Below are positions 7,290 to 12,463 of a stretch of 12,463 nt of DNA, in pieces; positions within the stretch are counted from its first letter, which is position 1, and every line of letters begins with the position of its first letter. The notes under the pieces were generated by a model. It was not told the origin of the DNA. It did no database searches and worked only from the letters and a program-made list of their open reading frames with translations. This stretch comes from Armatimonadota bacterium. Its GTDB lineage: Bacteria > Armatimonadota > UBA10988. Position numbers and translations under genes: made by a program. The stretch spans positions 1 through 12,463 of the forward strand of contig JACRKZ010000160.1 of the NCBI GenBank assembly GCA_016235455.1. Direction: 5' to 3'.

Positions 7290-8207
7290 CTACATCGGGC
7301 AGAGCCGGTCCAGCTCGTCCAGCCGCGGCAGCGACGGCTGCGCGCCGACCCGCGTGGCGGCCAGCGCACCAGCGGCACAGGCGCGGCGCGTGGCGGCCAG
7401 CAGTGGCCGGTTCTCGGCCAGCGCCACGGCCAGCGCGCCATTGAAGGCATCGCCCGCGGCCGTGGTATCGACCGCGTCCACGGCGGGCGGCGTGACGGCG
7501 AAGTGCGCGTCGGCGGTGACCACCAGCGCGCCGCGCGCGCCGCGCGTGAGCACCACGGTGGGCACGCCGATGCCGCGCAGCGCCGCGGCCAGGGCTTCGT
7601 CGTCGGCGCCATCGGGCAGGTCCACCAGACGGCTGGCCTCGGTGGTGTTGGGCGTCAGCACATCCACGCAGCTCAGCAGCTCCGCGGGCAGGCCATCGGC
7701 CGGCATGGGCGCCGGATTGAGCATGACCTGCGCGCCGCTGGCCCGGCCCAGTTGCGCCGCGGCCAGGGCGGTATCGAGCGGCACTTCGAGCTGTAGCAGC
7801 ACCACGGCGGCCTCCTCGAAGGCGGACTCGGCGTGTTCGACATGGTCGGGTCGCAGCGTCTCATTGGCGCCGGGCGCGACCACGATGACGTTCTCGCCGG
7901 CGGCGTCGACCAGGATGAGGGCCACGCCACTGGGCGCCTTGGCATCGCGGGTGATGTGGTCGGTATGCAGGCCGGCCAGCCGGTAGCTGGCCAGTGCGGC
8001 GTCGCCGTAGGCATCGTCACCCAGGCGCGCGACGAACCACACCTCGGCGCCGAGCCGCTGCGCGGCCACGGCCTGGTTGGCGCCCTTGCCGCCGGCGGCC
8101 TGGACGAACCGGCCGCCGAGCACCGTTTCGCCCGGCTGGGGCAGATGACCGGTCAGGCAGACCAGGTCGGTGTTGGCGCTGCCCACCACCACGATGCGCT
8201 GAGGCAT
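7290..8207 (-). CDS. rbsK: Ribokinase (PfkB family), 305 aa
   Basis: VVVGSANTDL, GGKGANQAVAAQRLG (PfkB signature 1), LLQLEVP, LNPAP, TPNTTEA and DTTAAGDAFNGAL (PfkB signature 2). SD-like GGGAG upstream of the ATG. Confidence 0.95.
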   Translation of the reverse strand: MPQRIVVVGSANTDLVCLTGHLPQPGETVLGGRFVQAAGGKGANQAVAAQRLGAEVWFVARLGDDAYGDAALASYRLAGLHTDHITRDAKAPSGVALILVDAAGENVIVVAPGANETLRPDHVEHAESAFEEAAVVLLQLEVPLDTALAAAQLGRASGAQVMLNPAPMPADGLPAELLSCVDVLTPNTTEASRLVDLPDGADDEALAAALRGIGVPTVVLTRGARGALVVTADAHFAVTPPAVDAVDTTAAGDAFNGALAVALAENRPLLAATRRACAAGALAATRVGAQPSLPRLDELDRLCPM

Positions 8208-8286
8208 GGTCGACTCCCGGGCGCCGCAGACCCGGCTGTGCCATAGTAGGATTACGAGTGAGGATGCGGGCCACGGCGTGCGGGGT

Positions 8287-8316
8287 AGTGTGGCACGCCG
8301 CGCGAGCGGCTGTCAA
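8287..8316 (-). promoter_or_regulatory. Putative sigma70 promoter for rbsK and the downstream pair
   Basis: TTGACA (8311-8316), 18-nt spacer ending in TGn, then CACACT (8287-8292). Perfect -35 with an imperfect extended -10. Confidence 0.45.
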
Positions 8317-8333
8317 TGAGCGGGAGTCAGGCG

Positions 8334-11300
8334 ATGCGCGGAGCGTGGCGGCTGTGGATGGGGCTGGCTGTGGCGGCCTGGGCGGGTGCCAGTCCGTTGT
8401 CGGACCGGATGCTGGCGGAGTTGCAGGGCGAGCGGTGGCAGCAGGCCAAGCAGACGGCGCGGTCGCTGCTGTTGGTGGCAGGTATCGCGGAGGACAAGAC
8501 CGAGCTGGGCCTGGCCAACTACGGCCTGGGCGAATGCGCCGTGATCGCCGGCGAGTGGGCCGAGGGCTTTGACCGCTACCGGCGCGCGGCCGACCTGTCC
8601 ACCGAACTCAAGGAGAACCGCGGCATCGCCTACTGCCGCTACATGCAGGGCCTGTGCGCCTCGCAACTGTCGCACTATGCCGACGCCCGCGACGCGCTCA
8701 AGATCGCCTTGGCGGCTTACGGCGAGGCACCGTCCTTCGTCTCGGGCAAGGCCGCGCTCATGCTGGGCCACGCGTTGACCCAACTCGGCGATCTGCCAGC
8801 GGCCAAGCTGGCCTCCGAGGATGCGCTGCGCCGGCTGCGCGACACGCCCGCCGTGCGCGAGCAGGTCCAGGCTACCTACCAACTCGGCATCATCGCGTCC
8901 GGCCAGGGCCATGGCGCCGAGGCCCGCGCGCAGTATGAGCGCGGCCTGGCCACCGCGCGTGAGCAGAAGCTCGACGACCAGATCGCCATGGGGCTGAACA
9001 ACCTGGCCTCGCTGGCCGAGAGCGAGGGCAACCTGGCCGAGGCCGAGAAGTCCTTGCGCGAGGCACTGGCCATCGCCGAACACCTGCCGCGCCAGCCGCT
9101 GCTCCAGGGCTATCTGGGCAATCTGGCGCGCGTCACGGCAGCGCTCGGCCGCGGCGACGAAGCCCTGGCCCTGATGCAGCGCGCGGTGGACCTGGCCAGT
9201 GAGGCGGGCGATCAGGGCTCCGTGGCCACGCACCTGACCACGCTGACGCTGATGCTGGTCGAACTGGGCCGCATCGACGAGGCGCTGGCCGCGGCCGACC
9301 GGGCCGAAGCGCTGCGCCGCGAGCAGCATGACGACATCGGGCTGACCGCCACGCTGGCCAACCGCGCCATGGCGCTGACCGCGCGCGGCCAGTTGCGCGA
9401 GGCGTTGAGCATCTACCTGCAGGTGGTTGAGGTCTACGAGAAGCTCGGCCTGCGGGAGCCGCTGGCCACGGCCTACAACAACATCGGCCGCATCTACGAC
9501 ACGCAGGGCGACATCAACTCGGCAATGTCATACTTCGGGCGCTGCCTGCAACTGGCCAAGGAGCTGGAGCGGCCCGGTATCGCGGCGCTGGCCCAGAACA
9601 ACATGGGGCTGGCGCTGTACAACGCTCTGCGCGGCGTCATGCCGCTGGATCCCGCGGATCAGTCGCCCCAGGCCAACGACGTGCGCGCGCTGGCGGCCAA
9701 GAGCCGGGAGGCCTTCGTCGAGGCCGCCGCCTATTTCCGTGCGACGGGCCGCCTGGGTTGGGCCGCGACGGCGCTCAACAACGTCGGCCAGATCGATGCC
9801 GACCTGGGCCGAGTGGAGGATGCCGCCCGGACACTGGGCGAGGCCTACGATCTGCACACCCAGGCCCGCCAGCGGCTGGGCCAGTGTCAGTGCCTGGCCA
9901 ACCTGGGCCTGCTCTCGGCGCGGCTGGGCCATGCCGCCGAGGCCGAGCGACAGCTCGGCGAGGCGGCCCGACAGGCCGAGGCGCTGGGCGACCTGGAGTT
10001 GCAGGCCGCCGTGGCGCTCAACTCGGCGCTGCTGGCCCAGCAGCAGAAGCACATCGAGGCCGCCATCGCCGCTGCGCAACGCGCGCTGGCGCTGACCGAG
10101 CAACGACGCGCGCTGATCGGCGGCGGCGAGCAGCAGCAGCGCCAGTTCCTGGCCAGCAACATCCATCCGTACCTTCTGCTCATCGAGCTGCTGGTGGGCG
10201 CTGGCCGCGAGGCGGAGGCCTTCGACATCGCCGAACGCGGCCGGGCGCGCGCCATGCTCGACATGATGGCCGGCGGGCATGTCAACCTCTACGACCGGCT
10301 GCCCGCCGCGGAGACCGCCGTTCTGCGCCAACTGGAAGCCGGCGTGGCGGCCAGCCAGGTGGCGCTCACCCGGCTGGCCGCGGCCGAGAAGCCGGACCCG
10401 GAGGCGCTGGCCACGGCCCGCACGGCCCTGGAGGCCGGTCGCAACTCGCTGGCCGCCGAAGAGGGCCGGCTGGCGGCCAAGCACCCGGAAACCAGCTCCG
10501 GCAACGGCACGCAGCCGCTCAACCTGGCCCAGGCCGCCACGCGCCTGCCGATGGACACGGCGCTGCTCGAGTATGCGGTCGGCGCCAACTCGCAGTACCT
10601 GTTCTGCGTCTGGCGCAACGACGATGGCACGCCGCGATTGCGCACCCTGACGCTGTCGGCCGCGGGCGGGCCGTTGAGCGACCTGGTCGGCCGATTCCGG
10701 GCCGCCTGCGCCAATCCGCGGCGGAAGTGGCGGCAGGTGGGCGACGAGCTGTACCGGCGGGTGCTCGCGCCCGCGGTCGAGCAGCTGCCCGAGCGCATCG
10801 GCCGGCTGGCCATCGTGGCCCAAGGCCCGCTGCTCGACTGCCCGTTTGGAGCGCTGTACGACGAGGCCCACACGCGCTGCGTCATCGACCGCTACGAGGT
10901 CGCCCAGGCCGGCAGCGCCAGCCTGTTCGCCGCGTGCCTGGCGCTGGGCGAGGAGCGGCGCGCCAGCCCGGCGGCGCAGTCGACACTGATCGTGGCCGAT
11001 CCCGACTTTGGTGACGCCGGCGCGGGAACCGCCGGCCAGCGCGACTTGCGCGAGCAGCGGCTGGCCCAGCTGCCCGGCACGCGCGTCGAGGCCACGGCAG
11101 TGGCCCAGCTCATGCCCCACCCCACCGAGCGCCTCGGCGCGGACGCCCAGGAGCGCACCATCAAGCCCGAGCTGGCAAACTATCGCTGGCTGCACTTTGC
11201 CACGCATGGTCTGCTCGACGCCGAGCAGCCGCTGCACAGCGCCGTGGCGTTGGCGCGCCCCGACCGACCCGGCGAGGACGGTTTCCTGGAGGCGCGCGAG

Positions 11301-11648
11301 CTGGCCCAGATGACCCTGAACGCCGAGCTGGTGACGCTGTCCGCGTGCCAGAGCGGGCGCGGCGAGGCCCAGATGGGCGAGGGCCTGATCGGCCTGCCGT
11401 GGGCGTTCGTCGCGGCGCGCGTGCCCAGCCAGGTGGTTTCGCTGTGGAGCGTCGACGACCGCGTCACTCAGGAGCTGATGACGCGGTTCTACCGTGGCCT
11501 GGCCGGCGGCAAGCCCAAGGCGGCCGCGCTGCGCGCCGCTGCCCTGGACCTGCGCGGCACCGAGCTCCGGCTGGAGAACGGTGAGACCCTCACGCCGGAC
11601 CACCCCTTCTACTGGGCGCCGTTCGTGTTGCTGGGCGACTGGCGCTAG
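8334..11648 (+). CDS. TPR-repeat + CHAT (caspase HetF-associated with TPRs) protease with N-terminal signal peptide (1104 aa)
   Basis: Start refined to ATG 8334 (SD GGGAG at 8322-8326). Signal MRGAWRLWMGLAVAAWAGA. Many TPR units (LNNLA, LGNLA, YNNIG, QNNMG, LNNVG, LANLG); EAFDIAERGRAR linker. CHAT motifs LHFATHG (His codon 11205-11207), LVTLSACQSG (Cys codon 11346-11348), VSLWSVDD and HPFYWAPF. Confidence 0.93.
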   Translation: MRGAWRLWMGLAVAAWAGASPLSDRMLAELQGERWQQAKQTARSLLLVAGIAEDKTELGLANYGLGECAVIAGEWAEGFDRYRRAADLSTELKENRGIAYCRYMQGLCASQLSHYADARDALKIALAAYGEAPSFVSGKAALMLGHALTQLGDLPAAKLASEDALRRLRDTPAVREQVQATYQLGIIASGQGHGAEARAQYERGLATAREQKLDDQIAMGLNNLASLAESEGNLAEAEKSLREALAIAEHLPRQPLLQGYLGNLARVTAALGRGDEALALMQRAVDLASEAGDQGSVATHLTTLTLMLVELGRIDEALAAADRAEALRREQHDDIGLTATLANRAMALTARGQLREALSIYLQVVEVYEKLGLREPLATAYNNIGRIYDTQGDINSAMSYFGRCLQLAKELERPGIAALAQNNMGLALYNALRGVMPLDPADQSPQANDVRALAAKSREAFVEAAAYFRATGRLGWAATALNNVGQIDADLGRVEDAARTLGEAYDLHTQARQRLGQCQCLANLGLLSARLGHAAEAERQLGEAARQAEALGDLELQAAVALNSALLAQQQKHIEAAIAAAQRALALTEQRRALIGGGEQQQRQFLASNIHPYLLLIELLVGAGREAEAFDIAERGRARAMLDMMAGGHVNLYDRLPAAETAVLRQLEAGVAASQVALTRLAAAEKPDPEALATARTALEAGRNSLAAEEGRLAAKHPETSSGNGTQPLNLAQAATRLPMDTALLEYAVGANSQYLFCVWRNDDGTPRLRTLTLSAAGGPLSDLVGRFRAACANPRRKWRQVGDELYRRVLAPAVEQLPERIGRLAIVAQGPLLDCPFGALYDEAHTRCVIDRYEVAQAGSASLFAACLALGEERRASPAAQSTLIVADPDFGDAGAGTAGQRDLREQRLAQLPGTRVEATAVAQLMPHPTERLGADAQERTIKPELANYRWLHFATHGLLDAEQPLHSAVALARPDRPGEDGFLEARELAQMTLNAELVTLSACQSGRGEAQMGEGLIGLPWAFVAARVPSQVVSLWSVDDRVTQELMTRFYRGLAGGKPKAAALRAAALDLRGTELRLENGETLTPDHPFYWAPFVLLGDWR

Positions 11649-12463
11649 TCGAGGAACCGCGCCCCGCGCTCGGCCAATGCCCCACGCAGCCGCACGCCGG
11701 GCACCTGCGCCGGCTGGCAAGCTTCGGCCGCGCACCACGCCGCAGCCAGCCCGGCGGCCTGGCCCAGCGCCATGGCCGTGCCCGTCACGCGATAGGAGGC
11801 GTGGGCCTCGTGGCTGCCCGAGATGAGCCGCCCAGCCAGCAGCAGCCCGTCGTGCTCGGCCGGCAGCAGGCAGCGGTAGGGGATCTCATACGGCTTCATC
11901 TGGGCGTGATGGCCGCTGGCCACGCCCGCGCCGGGCGCCGGTTCGTGGATGTCCACGCCGAACGCGCACGAGGTGACCGCGTCGTCGAACCGGCAGCCGG
12001 CCTGCAGGTCGGCCAGCGTCAGGTAATAGCGCCCGCGCACCCGCCGCGCCTCGCGCACACCCAGGCTGGCCGCGGTATGCGCGAGTGTAACCTGCTCGAG
12101 GCCGGGAAGGTGTCTGAACACCTCCACCGCTTGCGCCGCCTGCTGGCGACAGGCGACCGTGCCCGCGGTCAGGGCGGCGGGGTCCAGCGGGTTGAGCCGG
12201 TAGACATGGGTCAACTGCACATCGGCGGTGCCCGGCGCGGGGGTGTTGATGATCCAGGGCGCGTAGTTGCAGCGTTCGATGGGCAGCACCATGTCGAGGC
12301 CATGCTCGGCGATGGCGCCGGCCATGGCGTCGTAGAGCTGCTCCGCCGACTGCTGCTCCCAGGCGGTGATGCCGCGGATCTCGAACATCAGCGTCATGGG
12401 CTGGGTCAGCCCGTCGCGCTCGCGGCCCAACTCATAGGGACAACCGGCGCGCGCAGCCAGGTC
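11645..12463 (-). CDS. FAD-dependent oxidoreductase (FAD_oxidored-like family), C-terminal part; 5' end outside the window
   Basis: Frame is open to the edge (DLAARAGCPYELGRERDGLTQPMTLMF). Family motifs GVREARRVRGRYYLT, VDIH, YEIPYRCLLP and LLLAGRLISGSHEAHASYRV...MALGQAAG. Stop overlaps the CHAT stop at CTAG 11645-11648. Confidence 0.88.
   Translation of the reverse strand, partial: DLAARAGCPYELGRERDGLTQPMTLMFEIRGITAWEQQSAEQLYDAMAGAIAEHGLDMVLPIERCNYAPWIINTPAPGTADVQLTHVYRLNPLDPAALTAGTVACRQQAAQAVEVFRHLPGLEQVTLAHTAASLGVREARRVRGRYYLTLADLQAGCRFDDAVTSCAFGVDIHEPAPGAGVASGHHAQMKPYEIPYRCLLPAEHDGLLLAGRLISGSHEAHASYRVTGTAMALGQAAGLAAAWCAAEACQPAQVPGVRLRGALAERGARFLD

Noticed and set aside
8334-11648. Type III-E CRISPR Craspase or other CHAT-based defence locus
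   Set aside because: No Cas7-11, Csx30/31, CRISPR repeats, gasdermin-like or other effector gene in the window. Neighbours are metabolic and the protein appears exported.
8313-11738. Long minus-strand ORFs 8313-9329 and 9528-11738, and plus-strand 9758-11014
   Set aside because: Antisense or alternate-frame shadows of the TPR-CHAT gene.

Overview
High-GC bacterial chromosomal window with no mobile element, CRISPR array, rRNA or tRNA that I can see. The SLH-coiled-coil-beta-barrel protein together with RNase Y suggests a diderm Terrabacteria lineage, possibly Armatimonadota (inference). Minus-strand genes, in transcription order: ribokinase (rbsK), two tandem paralogous exported hypothetical proteins, RNase Y (rny), an OmpM-like SLH/coiled-coil/beta-barrel outer-membrane protein, and a diverged second SLH protein. 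That last gene is missing from the ORF track because it runs off the left edge. On the plus strand is a signal-peptide-bearing TPR-CHAT (caspase-like) protease, convergent with a 5'-truncated FAD-dependent oxidoreductase. The most unusual part is the envelope locus at 1-3150. It has a near-consensus sigma70 promoter, an upstream palindrome, a ~180-nt leader with nested helices and three GNRA-capped hairpins, an OmpM-like protein with a long stalk, a UUCG hairpin lacking a good U-tail, and a conserved but remodelled SLH paralogue. Novelty cannot be established without database searches.
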